From NCBI RefSeq assembly GCF_006345805.1, contig NC_043000.1, positions 81,344,001 to 81,408,000 on the forward strand: a DNA stretch of 64,000 bases, read 5' to 3'. Position numbers and translations under genes: made by a program. This document shows, piece after piece, positions 37,197 to 51,320 of this stretch (position 1 is the first letter of the stretch; every line of letters begins with the position of its first letter). This DNA is from Octopus sinensis (taxonomy: Eukaryota). The notes below the pieces were generated by a model, which was given only the letters and a program-made list of their open reading frames with translations, made no database searches and was not told the DNA's origin.

Positions 37197-38129
37197 TGAG
37201 CTTCTCAACATCTTCCCTGCAGATAACACTGTGCTTCACAGTTTAATCTCCTTCAGACAGATGTCATCCACAGTTACACACGCATACACAAACACAATCT
37301 AGGCACTTTCTGCTATACTTTCGCTAAAAACACAGACTGAAAAAAAACAAATCTGAGATTTGGACATGACAGTCTAAAGTCCTGCAATCGCACCACAGTT
37401 CAATTATTTCATGTACCTTCATCACTGAATATGAAGAACACAAGACCTAAACATTAAAATATATTACAATTATTTAGACTTGGAATCTCATTCACCAACA
37501 CATTACATACACTAACCTGTAGAGTCATTCGTTTCTTTTCTCAGTATCTCCATACAGCTACTGTAATAGTTTATGCTATACTAAGTTATGAAGCTGTTTA
37601 CAATCTCTGCCTGTGTCCATTAAATGTACAAGTAGAAAGACTGCCCTCCAGGCAGTTTTCTGCTAGCCACTCGATAATATTTCCACATTTGATTCCCAAT
37701 TCTTATAATTTTTATGATATTTCACGTCTAATTATTTCTTTGTATAATAGTGCTCACTTGCTTAGTAAATATTGCTTGCATTATTTTATCAGTCATAATC
37801 TCTCTTTTTTAAAGAGTCAATCTGTTATTTATATTTATCATTAATAATTGGTAGAAATTACATAAGTGTGGATGGATAGATGGAGGAATGGATGAATGGC
37901 AGGAGGGAGGGATACTCACACACTCACACACACAAAAGTCTGGTGCTGTGAGAACACATGGAGATGATGTTTCCTTACTTTTTCAAATATACCCAAATTT
38001 AAAATGATCTAATATAATCCATTTGGCATGTGTTGAAATATGCCAAAATAATTTAATTCCACACAAATATATGTTGCTATACATATAATTTATGTGTTAA
38101 TTCTATTTACTGAAACTTGCAAAAAAGCA

Positions 38130-39937
38130 TATTTTGCTTTAAAGTAGTATCTCTTTGTAGGCACAATTGTCAGTAATCATACTGTTTCCATTTCTCTCAG
38201 CCAATATTTTTACATTAGCCTTCATTCAAACTCTAGATAATGCAACATACAGCTGACCATATGAGAAGAACTGTGTCAGAAGATATATTCCAATTTGTTC
38301 AAAAGTTTGTTCCTGTGCCTTGTTGCACATCAAGGCAAAAGCTGGCTTGACAGGAAATTGTTTGCATGTAAATGTGAATGGAAATTCCATTTCTTGAGAT
38401 ACATGTGGTATTCTTGGGATTAGTAGTGTTGATCCTGCATAAGGACCAGACACAACCTCACCCTCAATAACATGATCTTGTAAACTGACAATGATGTAGT
38501 GTATATCATTGCAATGTCCATTTGTAGCATCTAAATTTCTCAGGAGCATTATGCATCGTTTCTTCTTCAGTTTGAGAATGTATGGTGGAAACCCTGATAG
38601 AATAAGTTTGTAGATGAACTCGATTTGGTACAGAGTTTCATTATCAACTGTATCTTAGCTTCTGTATATTTTCAGCTCACCAGGGGTCCTGGTCAACAGA
38701 AACTCATTCACAAATTGTGATTTTTCATCTTTTGGGGTAATGATGGTTCTATTTGCAAGCCACTCAGGGTTTGTAAAGTTATTTTTGAGGTCAGCTTATA
38801 CAAGATCACATAGATCTAAAAGAGTACCACTTACAAGGCAAGAGTCATTGGGTAGTTTGATTTTGAATTCACCTAGAAATGTTACCATTTCCTCCATCAA
38901 GAAGGTAATTAGCAAATTCTCTTTCATTAGAATGACCTTCTGTAAAAAGTCTTAGATTCATTGTCAACTCCACTACTTCCACATGACCACAAGGAAAAGC
39001 TCTCTTTAGTGTTACATCAACAATTATTTTGAAGTAGAATATTCTCCTCTCGAGATACCCTAACCAGTTGGTCATGTGTAGCAGAAACAGAATCATGTCT
39101 ACATCTCCATTCATATTCAGGCATCTATTTCAGTCGCTTTGCCCTGGTTTCATCTGATTCAGTTTCCTATCTCTCTCTCTGAGATTGTGCTTTTGCTGCT
39201 AAAATTTTCACATATTATATATAAATGAAAACTCGTTAAAAACTATCTTGTTTAGCATGCTAGAAATAGCAGCGATCACATAGTTATTATTGTGAGGTTT
39301 ATAGCGTTCCAAGTAGCCATAACAACAAAATCACTTCTTCATTTAAAAAGAAAAAAAATTATACATATATATTAAAGAATCTTCCTTTTGTCAAAAATAT
39401 TCATTTAACAAACTCCGGAAACTGATAATATTCTTGAAATTGTTCTTGTATCAAAATTATACAGCTATTTTATGTAATAGCATACATTCATTCAACACAA
39501 AATCACTTAAAAATTATAACAGTATATTAAAAAATTTTCATTTTATCAAAAATATTCATTTAACAAACTCCGGAAACTGATAATATTCTTGAAATTGTGT
39601 CTCATATCAAGGTTATGTGGCTATTATCAAATTATCATTAATGAAAATAGAGGTGAGCGAGAATGACTGCTGCAAATAAAAATGTAAAATGTTGCCTGCA
39701 ACAAATTAATAGTGTTTATTATTAAACATTAAAAGCTACTCCGCAATGAATGCAATGAATACCTAAATTTGCAAGAATTTGGAGTTTAAAAAATTCAATA
39801 AACTCCAGAAACTGAAATTATAAGCAGTTTCTAAAAGTATTTCCAGAAAGTCAAGCTTTTAATATTGTTTTCTTTCAGTACTTTTAGTAATTGTTGCATA
39901 CCTAATTAATAAGCAGATTTCTTCATTATAGTATAGA
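38130..39937 (-). mobile_element. Internally deleted Helitron (PIF1 helicase C-terminus plus 5' region)
   Basis: MLLRNLDATNGHCN..QFPVKPAFALMCNKAQEQTFEQIGIYL..FSYGQLYVALSRV (38226-38549). Further helicase remnants to ~39000. Candidate 5' terminus A|TCTATACTATAA at 39937. 3' CTRR end not located. Confidence 0.75.
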
Positions 39938-40500
39938 TTCCTCTCTCCTCTTATATCATTATAAGTATATAATAATGTATGCTCTCATGTGACCCTTACA
40001 TTAAATCTTCTACTGGAACTCTCCTTTTTCTTATCCATATTTTACTTTACAAGCAAACATCAATTGTCAGGGATTCAAAATAAACATCAACTGTTTCAGC
40101 CTCATATATCTGGGAAGGGCTGAAAATCTTTTGGACACTACTTACTTTCATTCAAGTAAATATAAACAAAATAATGATGAAAGTACAATGTCAATGCTCT
40201 TTAAGAATATAGTGAGACAACATTTAGGAGCTTGGTTTTCAGAATCAGTACATGATTGCTCTGCACATCATAAGAGGTGACTAAAAGGTTTAACATCAGC
40301 TGGGTATCTGGCTTTTAAACACTGCCTTTAAAACTCCAGTCCAACCCATAGAAAAGCTGATATAAAGCAATAGCATTTAAGGACCACAATTCTTCAAGGA
40401 TGAGATTCTTGTAAAAAAAATATACAAAGAGAAGGCACTAAATCAGTTGCAAGATTAAATCTGCTGTTAACCACATAAATTCAGGATTAAGGCACCAGAT

Positions 40501-40730
40501 TTAATCCTTTAGCATTTAAGCTGGCCACATCCAGCCTAAATATCTGACCTATTTCATGTTCAAAACTGACTAGATCCAGCCTCCCACACTTACCCTATAA
40601 TATTATTCTAAAAATAAAGAATCATGTTGAATGAAATCTTGAAGCTACAAGGTAATGCATGATTAATACAAATCAATGTGAATAAATAAATATTACATTC
40701 AACAGAATAATCTAATTGCTAAAGAATTAA
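40501..40730. mobile_element. piggyBac-like MITE
   Basis: ttaatcctttagcatt ... ttgctaaagaattaa. Collinear with 4111-4339. Confidence 0.75.
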
Positions 40731-43625
40731 TATTTTATATACCAAAGATTTACATTTAATTTTCTTTGTTTGCATGTAAAAATTGTTTATTTGTTGGATC
40801 AGTTAGCTCTTATAGCTTCTTACCACTAACCATTCATGCATAAAATAGAGAGTAGAACATATTTTATTGTCAGTTAAGCAAACTGTAACCAACAAACTTG
40901 TATACTTTGACTGAGGCATAAAACATATGGCTGTAACAGTAAATTTGAACTCATAACTATGGAGTTAGTAATTCGCCACTTTTAACTAACAACAATGATG
41001 CCTCTTTAAGAAAAAAAAACTCTGATTTAGCTGAAGATTGAATCTCTAACCTTCAGAGATAGTACAATATTTAGATTAAGAGAGGACTAATTGATAAAAT
41101 TGCAAATTGTTGGACTGATAGAATTGATAGATTGGCAGACAAATTGGTGTATTAACAGAATTGGTAAAGTGATAGACAAATTAGTAAGTTACCAGAATAG
41201 GTAGCTTGGTAGAGTCAGTCTATTGGTAATGAAAAACAAAAGGCTTTACTATATTTAAATATGTCGCTCTTAATACTAAGTTTAAATCCTGAGGCTGACT
41301 CTACCTTTCATTCTTTTGAAGATGATACTCCTAGTATCATCAATAAAGTGCTGGGGGATCATTATAGTTGTTTATTCTCTCTCCCAATAAATTTTCAGCT
41401 TTATGTTTATATTAGAAATCAATATTTACATTAAGAGATTGATTTTATGTGTGGAAAATTATGTCAGATATATTCAACCCCAAATAATATGGAATCTTAT
41501 CATCCCATCAGGCATTAAAAATAGGTCCTTCACATGAGGTATTTCAGAAATGATACAGGAAATTTATTCAGCTGCAAACATTCTTGAATAACCTACATAT
41601 GTCAAATTCAATTAGCTTGCCAAAAAGAGGTTACTTTAAATCAAAAACTACCAACCAATTAAAGAAGCATTGGTACATATTGGAACAGCTATAGACTTTA
41701 AATAAGTCATTCTGATTAACCACATCTTTTAATCTTTCCTCTCCCAGATCACTTACCCTCTGCAATCACTTCTTTGTCCATATTTCTTTCCCGTGTATAT
41801 ACACAGTTAAATTCTGTGTCTGAAAACCATGAAAGCAGTGAAGTGAAGGTTGCAATAAAAGATGTAACATAGTCAATCTTTAGTTTGCAAAAAACTTAAA
41901 TGATAGGTTTTAGAACTGTGACTTTTGGTAGCTTCTCCTTGCAAGTTAGATATAATTCATGGTATGACTATTGTCAATCAAATGCTCGCAATGGGAAAAT
42001 TGCAGATCTTACAGTTGGATCATATAAAACAAATAGTACAAAATCTTCAGTAATATGATATTTCTAATAATAATAGTAATAATAAGTAATAATCTGATAT
42101 TAACTGAAGGTAGAGAAAGGCCTGGGAGAGAATGAATAGATATTACCAAAAATACAGTTTAAGTGAATCCAACATACAGTAAAAATTATGAGAAACAAAG
42201 AAAGAGAAGACCTTTTACATCAAGCATGTTAAACTAATCCTTTCTTGGAGTAAACCGCATAGATCCATATTGTTATCTCGTACGTGAGAAAAATGCACAT
42301 GCAGGTTGCACAAAAAAAGCCGGCTGGCTTGAGATAATGCCACAAAATGCAGTATATTTAAGAAACCAAAAAGTAAGAGGCAAAAGAGATATTTTCTTCA
42401 AACTTGGCATGAAGGAAGGAAAGACTATTTGGTTTCTCAAGAAGTTTTCTTTTGCCTTAACTTCGTTTAGCAAAACCCAAAATTTTATTGAAATAAAGGC
42501 ATGCTTAATTATTTTTTAATGAAAAGAAAACACTGATTGCTTTTTATTCAGCAGATACGATTCAGAACCGTCCATTGGAAGGAGGGCATTTTGCACGTAT
42601 ATATATATATATATATACATATACATACACACACACACACACACACATACACACACACACATGCACACATGCATCAAAGTGATTTTATTGATGGTGTTAG
42701 TTTATTTCTGCAATTATTTCTTGTAATAATGACTTTTGGAAGATGTAAGCACAATTTTCCTGATCCAACCCATCTCTTTCCCATTCACACACACTTTCTC
42801 TCCTTTGTCTGTCTGTATTTCTCTCTTTCTCTCACCCTGTGTGTATGTGGGCATGTGTGTGTGTATGTATCATTCTCAGCAAATTTCTAGAATACTTATC
42901 CTGCCCACGTTGCTGTTATTTTTGAACTCCCAACTCTCTCGCATCTTCTGACATATTCTGCCATAACCAGGTCTCAGCAGCTACAAACAAAAGGATCAAT
43001 TGTTTCTTTCTGCTTATTCCATAGTCTACGCTTGATCTTAACTTCTTTCATCTATTGTTTTTGTAGCCGGTTATTGATCATGGCCAGCTAAAATCAGATA
43101 GTTTATAATAGATTTCTAATTGTAGACAACCTCTTTTTCTTAATATCCTTTCCCAAGGCAATCCACCAACTGTCCCTACCCATTCCCTAAAGTATTCTGC
43201 ACTTGATAATTTCTAATTTTGGTAGGAAACAAAGTATTTGTTTTGTTCAAAGAAGTAGTATTTTTCATAATGGCTGCTTCTTTGTGATTAGGTGAGGATC
43301 TCTTGTCTTAGGCTTTCTTTGACTTTTATCAGCTACATCTTACACAGTGTTGTTGCTATTGCTGATGATGATGGTAATAATTGTGCTCATGAATATGACG
43401 ATGCTGATGATAATAACAGTAGGGGAGATTATCTTGGTGGTGATAATTATAGTGACAGTGGTAGTGATGATGGTGGTGTTGATGATGATGATGATGATGA
43501 TGAGGATGTCTTGAGTTAGTAGAATACACATAAAATTGTTTTCTGCATAATAACTATACAAAGAGAAAAATGCTGAAGAAAAATGTCCAATAAAATATGC
43601 TAATGACTAATTTTGATGAAAGTGA

Positions 43626-43695
43626 CTGATGAAAGTGTATGAGTGAGTTAGAGGAAGGCTGATGAAAGTGTATGAGTGAGTTAGAGGAAGGCTGA
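43626..43695. repeat. Perfect 33-bp tandem duplication
   Basis: ctgatgaaagtgtatgagtgagttagaggaagg occurs twice. Confidence 0.9.
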
Positions 43696-43959
43696 CAAAC
43701 AGAAAGATCATCATCATCATTGAACACTCATCTTCCATGCTGGCATGGTCAAATGGTTTGACAGGATCCAATTAGTTAGAGGGCTGCATTGAATTCAAAT
43801 GTTTGCTTTAACATGGTTCCTATAACTAGATGCCCTACCTAATTCCAACCACTTTATAGTGTGTACTGGGTGTTTTTTCTTTATCTCATGTCACTGGCAC
43901 TAGTGAGGTTGCCAGTTATCTTATTAACTTTGAAAACTAGTAATCTTTTTGGATTCACT

Positions 43960-44900
43960 AAAATTCATGAAATGAGACAAATTCAAAACAATATAAAAGG
44001 AAACATGTTGAAATTCCAGACTTTCACAATTTAAACTTTGCCTTTTCATTGCTGGTCCAGCATCAAATACACACTGACTAGATAATTTATTAGATAAAAT
44101 ATTAAGACCACTTTGCAAAATGGTATCAAGCTTCATCTGAGATAATTTGAATTTTTTTAATTACATACTTACAACACTATATCAAAAAACAATTCTAGTT
44201 AACTTAGATGTAACCAATCTATAAACCAATATCCTGCATAATTTAGGAACTGAAATTGTGAGCTTCCAGTTGGCAATGCACCTAGATTATATCCAAGACT
44301 AATTCTCAAAAGATTTTATTTTAGAAGGACTCAGACTAGTACTTGAGAATAACCAGTTTTTTTTTAAAACAATTTTTTCTTACAAACAAAAGGGATGGGC
44401 ATGGGCATAGCAATATCCTTTACATATGCAACACTTGTAACATGCTTCTTAGAATAAGCTATATTTCTAATTATCAGAATTATTTAAACAAAATGTTTTC
44501 ATCTGTATAAAGAATATAAAATGGAAAGGATACTTGGATCACTGCTTAGTGTTTAAAAAATTAAAAAAGTTTCAATACTCCTTAAAAATGTCCATTGCCT
44601 CTTAAATAGGTTACACAACAAAAAAATTTACATTGGAATGGCATGCAAAGGAAATGTCTGTTTCTTTGAAGGCAAAAGTACCCTATTATCTTTATTAATA
44701 TGGCTGTTATCAAAGTCAGAAACATTCCAACTCAGAAGAAAATAAAAATAGGAAAATAAAAATGAACACAAATATTCCTTTTGTCATCCCTCATAACCTG
44801 AAGAACCACAATGTTTTGAATGCTGCTAAAAGGTATCTCTTAATTCTTCAATAATTCCCCAAAATGAATGACATATTTACAGAATCACCAATAATTCAGA
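43960..44900 (+). mobile_element. Old Penelope-like RT fragment, family distinct from the 22-26 kb element
   Basis: IAGPASNTH*LDNLLDKILRP, LVNLDVTNL*TNILHNLG, FSKDFILEGLRLVLENNQF, FLQTKGMGMG, KWKGYLDHC (cf. RYLDD). Confidence 0.7.
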
Positions 44901-46185
44901 GTAAATGCCAAGCACCCAGTCTAAAAAACTACTAAGTCAAGTTTTACATCAAAAAGGGAAATAATGTTAGTTGGTGACCCTTGTTGCAGGACATATGAAT
45001 ATGTTGAAGAGAGTGAGTAAATTATTTTTAAAAACAATAAAATATTTAAAATCAATGCAGCTATGAATTACAAATAAAGAAACTTAATTCATTGAGCTGA
45101 CTTGCCTACAATGCAAAGAATATTAAATTGGAGAAACTGGAACATGATTACATGACAGAATAAGGATACATAAATGATAAATTAAGAACTAATCTATCAA
45201 AATTACAACATGCAGTGAACATTTTGAGAAATGTGGAAAAGGAAAATTTAAATATTTCCACTTTCTTATGATATGGTTGGAAAATGAGTGCTTTCAAAAG
45301 TGCAAGGAAGATTTTATTCAAAAATACAAAGCAAACCGAAGAAATATCAGTAGTGGAGATTACATTGATTTTAATGTCATGTGATAATGGTAACAAGACA
45401 CCATCCGGGAAACCAAATTTATGTTTGCATGTGTATGTCAGTTTGCATATACATATATATGTGCATATGTACACTTACATATATGTGTTTGTATATGTAT
45501 GTATGTGTATGTGTGCATCTAAGTGCATCAGTAAATATAAGTATGTACAGAAGTCAGTATTTATAACTATTGTTTCAGGCTATAGGTGTATATATAATAC
45601 ATGCACTTACTATATGTAAAACAGGTTGATTTTTCCAAATGCTTACCCATCCTAGTCACTTTCACCATTCTCTACTTTTTGACACATTTCATATGAGTAA
45701 TTGTATTTTTATAAATGTACATATTTAATATATGTATGTGTGTGTTTGGGTGTATGCAAATGTGAGTGTTACTTGCTCTGACCTCCTTTCACTTTTGGTT
45801 TGTCTTTTTTCTTTTCTTTCTGTTCATTCTTTTTGTTTTCTTTTTCTCTTTCTTCCTTTCACTAGACTTCTTAAAACATTCTTTCTTTTGTTATATTTAA
45901 TTTATATTCATTTTGATTTTGAATTTTCTCAATCCATTTTATTCAACTTATTTTCCAATGTCAACCCTTCTCACTTTATGTAATCCTCTTTCTCCCATGA
46001 CAAATACCAAACCCATATTAAAGAAACAACATAGACAAATACAGGTATATCAAATGCCATACAACATAAAACTATCTCCACCTCTACAAAATGAATTGCA
46101 GATACCAAACAGCAATTGAGACCAGCTCCATATGAACAGAGTAAACAATCTCAAGAATTAAAAATTCTCCAAAATTGACATGCCA

Positions 46186-46427
46186 TTAACCCCTTTGAAG
46201 ATGGAGCCTCATTTGAAGTTTCAGTGCCAAGAAGATGGAACATTTTGCACAAGCCCTACAGATGGCATGCACTTATTTTTCAAAAAGAATTATAAAAAAG
46301 TAAAATAATTATTTGACATATATAAAACTATGTATATTCTTGTAGGAAATTGAATGAACTAATACAATCTTCTTTGTCATTTGACTTTTCAGCCTATAGA
46401 TCAGCTTTGTCCTCTGCTAAGGGTTAA
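46186..46427. mobile_element. Candidate piggyBac-like MITE, second family
   Basis: Ends ttaacccctttg ... ctaagggttaa, 242 bp. Single copy in the window. Confidence 0.4.
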
Positions 46428-47083
46428 GGAATAGGACAAGTTTATTATCTGGAGATAAGAGGGCAGTCACGAACTGTCATCAGCTTGGCAATTGTCCTGT
46501 ATGCAGGGTTTCTGACAGGATGGTTACAGCAGGAGTGTCTTATTATAGGTCTGCATGTTGATGCTACCAACAGCCAGGATCAACCTGCAGTTCAGTTAAT
46601 GAAATACTGCTATCATCTGTAGATGCACAGATGAGGTATTTCAACTGGCAACAGACCAATGTAACTGAAACCCAGACTTGACATTCATGCTTCATTGCTC
46701 AATCAGGACATCCTGTGTGGAAGAGTTACATTGGTCTGGGCAACTTACCTAACCTGAATGGATGGCTTATTCTATTGACACTGGAGGGATGAAAGGTAAA
46801 GTTGATTTTGGCATGATTTGAACTCAGAATGTCAAGAGCCAAAAAATATTGCAACGCATTGGTTCTGATGTTCAAATGATACTGCCAATCCACCTCCTTT
46901 GATTGCTTGAGAATTAAGCAAAAAGCCAAAAGTTTGAACAAGGGGAACAGTTAATAATATCAACCCCAGCACTTGACTGGTACTTTATTTTTATAAATAT
47001 CTGAGAGATGAAAGGCAAAGAAGCTGTAACTAAATACAGTTTGGTATTTTGTCTGATGCTTTAATGATTCTCATGTCAAAGCA

Positions 47084-47086
47084 CTA

Positions 47087-47157
<71 letters not shown>

Positions 47158-47301
47158 GTAATAATAATAATAATATAATGATGATAATAATGATGATGAT
47201 GATAATAATAGTAATAATAATAATAATGATAATGATAATAATAGCAATGATAATAATATAATGAAGAGGATAATGATGATGATAATAATAGTAATAATAA
47301 C

Positions 47302-47352
<51 letters not shown>

Positions 47353-47462
47353 CCTTTTTACTAAATGCACTGAAACTAGTCAATTAAATCAACCCCTGTG
47401 TTTCACTGGTGCTTAATTTACTGACCTCAAAAGGATGAGAGACAAAGTCAACCTCAGCCAAA

Positions 47463-47507
<45 letters not shown>

Positions 47508-47805
47508 CAGTAAAAATAATCGGTATGTCACATGTATTGAGAAAAACATTGTTGATGTGAGAATGATTACTACCCTTGTATTTAATTTTTGTCTGTCTTT
47601 TCACAACTTCATTTCATTTTGAATATGAACAACCGGGAGTGTTTAGTTTAATGGCCTATCAATGTATACAGTGAGTTTCTTTATCCTAGGAGTTGGGAAG
47701 ATACTCAGTAAGAAATGGAAACAAAATAAAATGAGGAAGAAACTAATAACAATAAAAATAATGATAATAATAATAGTAGTGATGAAAATTAAGATGATGA
47801 TGATG

Positions 47806-47849
<44 letters not shown>

Positions 47850-47850
47850 T
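47084..47850. repeat. Compound (ACT)n/(AAT)n/(GAT)n microsatellites with SINE A fragments
   Basis: Direct observation. Confidence 0.9.
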
Positions 47851-49570
47851 AATTCGTTTATTGGCCACAAGGGCTAACAAAAATCAATTATAACATGTAG
47901 GGACAAAGCACAGGACGAAAGTTACAAAGGGTTTTGTCTGTTTAAAATATCTGTGTAAAAAAACAGTGTAACAATGAAAATATTTAACAATGTAAAACTC
48001 CCAAAAGGGGGAGGCGCTTCGAAAGGTTACTCATGGATAAACCCATAAAAGCCATGGGAGCCTGGTCAAAAGTGGGGTTGAGAGCCCCTTTCTCCTTTTA
48101 TATTACCTTTTTATATCACAGGTGTATCCTCAGAATTGGTCCGTTCATACTGGCCATTCTTGCAACATTCACCCACCTTTCAATAAACTTGCTACCAGAC
48201 AGCACTTCCCTCTCTACTCTCATCTTCCTTTTCAAGTGAAACTTGAAAAAGTTGATGAAGCCTTGGCCAAAGAGGAAAGTGTCTGACCATAGCCCTTTCA
48301 AATGGGTCCACCATACCACCTCTTTCGCTACAGCCACTAGGCAAAGGAAAACTGTCTTGCCCTCCCGGTTAAAGGAGGTCGGCGGGGCAATCTTCATTAT
48401 GGATTCAGCTGATAGCTGGATCCGTCCTATATGCAAAAGTAGCTGTTCGACATAAACCCATAGTTCAGCAATACTCGGGCACTGGACGAGTGCGTGCAGA
48501 ACGGTTTTGTTGTCCTGGCAGCACCTCGGGCAGGCCCGGCTGACAGCACTTCTGTGCCGGTAGAGTTTATCCTGAACAGGCAGAGCCCCTCGGTAGCACT
48601 GCCAGGCGAGGGACCTTTGGAAATTGTCCATTGGCCCCAGCCTGAAAGTTCTCCTGAACAGACTGTTTAGCTCGTTATCGTCAACACCTAGAGTTTCCCC
48701 GAGAACGTTGTTGCACTTTTCTTCCACTAACCCTCTATAGAATACTAGAGTGGAACTACTACCAATTGCATTGCCCTCTTGGTGGAGGGTGGAGAGAGCT
48801 TGATGGCACTCGAGGTGCCAAGCACCCTTTCTCGGTCTGTGTTTGATCCAGGATTGCAGCTCTGTCAAAGAGATGAGCTGCGGAAAGTCACGTCTGACAA
48901 CCACACCTGTTCACTGACTAGGAAACACTTGAGATGCCGTAGCCTGAATGCATGTCTGCGCACTAGTAACCACAGCATGCCAAGGCCTCCGTTTAGCGGC
49001 CGTTGACAGCAGATGGAGCACCTGACCAGTGGTACCTGACCCTTCCACAAAAAGTCGAAGAGCAAGCATACCAGCTTGGCCAACCACCAATCAGGACAAG
49101 GGACGACGGTCAATCGGTAATAGATGACGGATGTGATGTATGCATTCGCCACCTCCGCTCAACCTTTCAGGGACAGCTTCCTCTTGGCCCATTTCTGGAT
49201 GAGATTGGCCACCTTGTTCGTCACTTCTTCTCAGTTTTTATCCACCTGGAGGTCTGGAACGAACCAGACCCCGAGCAGTTTAACAGGTCCGTCTGTCCAG
49301 CGCCCTACGATGCTGTTGGACGGCATGGACTTGCCTCTCCTGGTGCCCAGTTGCAAGCCCACGGACTGTTCCGCGTTAATCTTTGCACCTGTCACCGCTT
49401 TATACTTGTTTAGTGTTTCGCCAATTAGGTCATTGTGCCTGTGGCTCGACACTATCACGGTGACATTGTCGGCATAGGCAGACATGCTGTTTCCACCTCC
49501 TAGATCATGCGGGACACCCGTCAGAGCCTCCAACTTCTGCAGTAGTGTCTTGAGAGTCAATACGTACAGG
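47850..49570 (-). mobile_element. Tx1-clade LINE, 5'-truncated (RT C-terminal half, zinc finger, 3' UTR)
   Basis: MSAYADNVT, PVKLLGVWF, CQRPLNGGLGM, CPRCCQDNKTVLHALVQC. 3' end runs into (AAT)n. Confidence 0.9.
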
Positions 49571-49574
49571 AGGG

Positions 49575-49900
49575 AAATAGCAATAATAACGATTTCTTTT
49601 ATTGGCCTCAAGGGCCCAAGACATGGAGGACAATACCAGAGCACACAAAACAAAGCAAAAAAAAAACACAGGTGGGGCTTACATGGATCAAAGGGCGATA
49701 CTACCACATTAGGAGATATAACAGAGGATATATAATAGAAATTAGAAAAATGAATAATAAATAAATAAATAAATAAATAGAATCCTCAATAGCAAGGCAG
49801 TCCACTTAGGGTAATCTGGGGTAAACCCCACACAAAAATCCCAGATTACTCAGTCATCCCTGAGGCATGGGAAAGTGCCCTTTTCCAGTTTCTTTCCTGC
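49575..49900 (-). mobile_element. Second Tx1-type 3' UTR fragment
   Basis: 'aataataac..tttattggcctcaagggc' parallels 47855-47876. 49800-49885 resembles the reverse complement of 16340-16420. Confidence 0.55.
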
Positions 49901-49994
49901 AGAAATACCACTTCAGATACCTTGATGATTCAACAAAATCACTGACCTAATAATAACAACAACATCATCAACATCAACAACACCAATAATAATG

Positions 49995-51053
49995 GTTTCT
50001 GATTTAAGCACAAGGCTAGCAATTTCAAGAGGTGAGGATTAGTCAATACACCATTGACCTTAGTACTTTACTGGTACTTTATTTTATCTATTCCTGGAGG
50101 GCTAAAAAGCAATGTTGGCCTCAGCATGGTATTACTAATATTAATAATAACTCTTTCTACTATAGGCACATGGTCTGAAATTTTGGGTGAGGTGACTAGT
50201 TGATTACATCGATCCCAGTGTTTCATTGGTACTTAAATTATTGACCTAGAAAGGATGAAAGGCAAAGTCAACTTTGGCAGAATTTGAACTCAGAATGCAA
50301 AATGGGCAAAATACTGCTATTTCATCCAGCATGCTAATGATTCTGCCCGCTCACCGCCTTAGTAGTAGTAGTAATAATAATAATAATAACCACACATTTA
50401 CTTGTCAGTTGTTTGACCTTTACCAGTGGAGCATGACCCTTAGTGGCTGATGATATGTGCATCTCTGATCATGAGCAGAAGTAGTCAGGGAGCATCATAG
50501 CCATGTGTTGAGAGGAATTCTTTGGAGTTTGAATAATTCACCTCTGAAAACATGGGTGTTTTGTTCAACATCCTTAAACAACCCTTATTCAGGGACCTTT
50601 TTGAGTGGGACAGGCTACTCAATCAGAAGAAAATTTTAATTGAGCTCCACCTGCAAGGTTATGTACTGATTATCTTGATATGAGATTACCATGTCAGGCA
50701 CATATAGTTGTGATGCACATGCCTGATGTACCCTTACCAGACGAGTAGTCATGATGGGTATACTGGGCTTCATATATTTTACTCCAGTGTCATTTTGATG
50801 GCATGCACTGCTCTCTCACTCAAAAGTAATAATAATAATCCTTTCTACTGTAGGCACAAGGCCTGAAATTTGGGGGAAGGGATTAAGTTGATTACATCAA
50901 CTCCAGTGTATAACTGATACTTATTGTACTGGCCGCAAAAGGATCAAAGGCTAAGTCGACTTCGGCGAAATTTGAACTCAGGGCATAGCAACAAATGAAA
51001 TACCAATAAGCATGTCACCTGGCATGTTAATGATTCTGCCAGCTCACCACCTT
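49995..51053 (-). mobile_element. Cluster of family A SINEs (49995-50130, 50150-50360, 50838-51053)
   Basis: Family A core and head motifs, separated by (AAT)n. 50390-50822 is unclassified. Confidence 0.75.
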
Positions 51054-51064
51054 AATAATAATGA

Positions 51065-51098
<34 letters not shown>

Positions 51099-51147
51099 GG
51101 TGGCGGCAGCGGCGGCGGCGATAGCGGCGGCGACAGCGGCGGCGGTA

Positions 51148-51246
<99 letters not shown>

Positions 51247-51263
51247 GCGGCAGCGGCGGCGGC

Positions 51264-51320
<57 letters not shown>
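51053..51320. repeat. Compound triplet array (AAT)(GAT)(GGT)(GGC)n(GAT)n
   Basis: Direct observation. The GGC-rich block is ~160 bp. Confidence 0.95.

Noticed and set aside
38226-38549. Host PIF1 helicase gene
   Set aside because: Intronless, degenerate motifs, stops and frameshifts, and Helitron-type context.
41420-42240. Possible very old Penelope fragment (also 2560-3000)
   Set aside because: No diagnostic motif could be read reliably by eye; needs a tBLASTn or HMM search.
46460-46500. CTGATGA plus hairpin on the minus strand (similar partial motifs at 43626, 50447, 56669, 58738 and 60360)
   Set aside because: The GAAA..UH half or stem I pairing is missing; compatible with chance.
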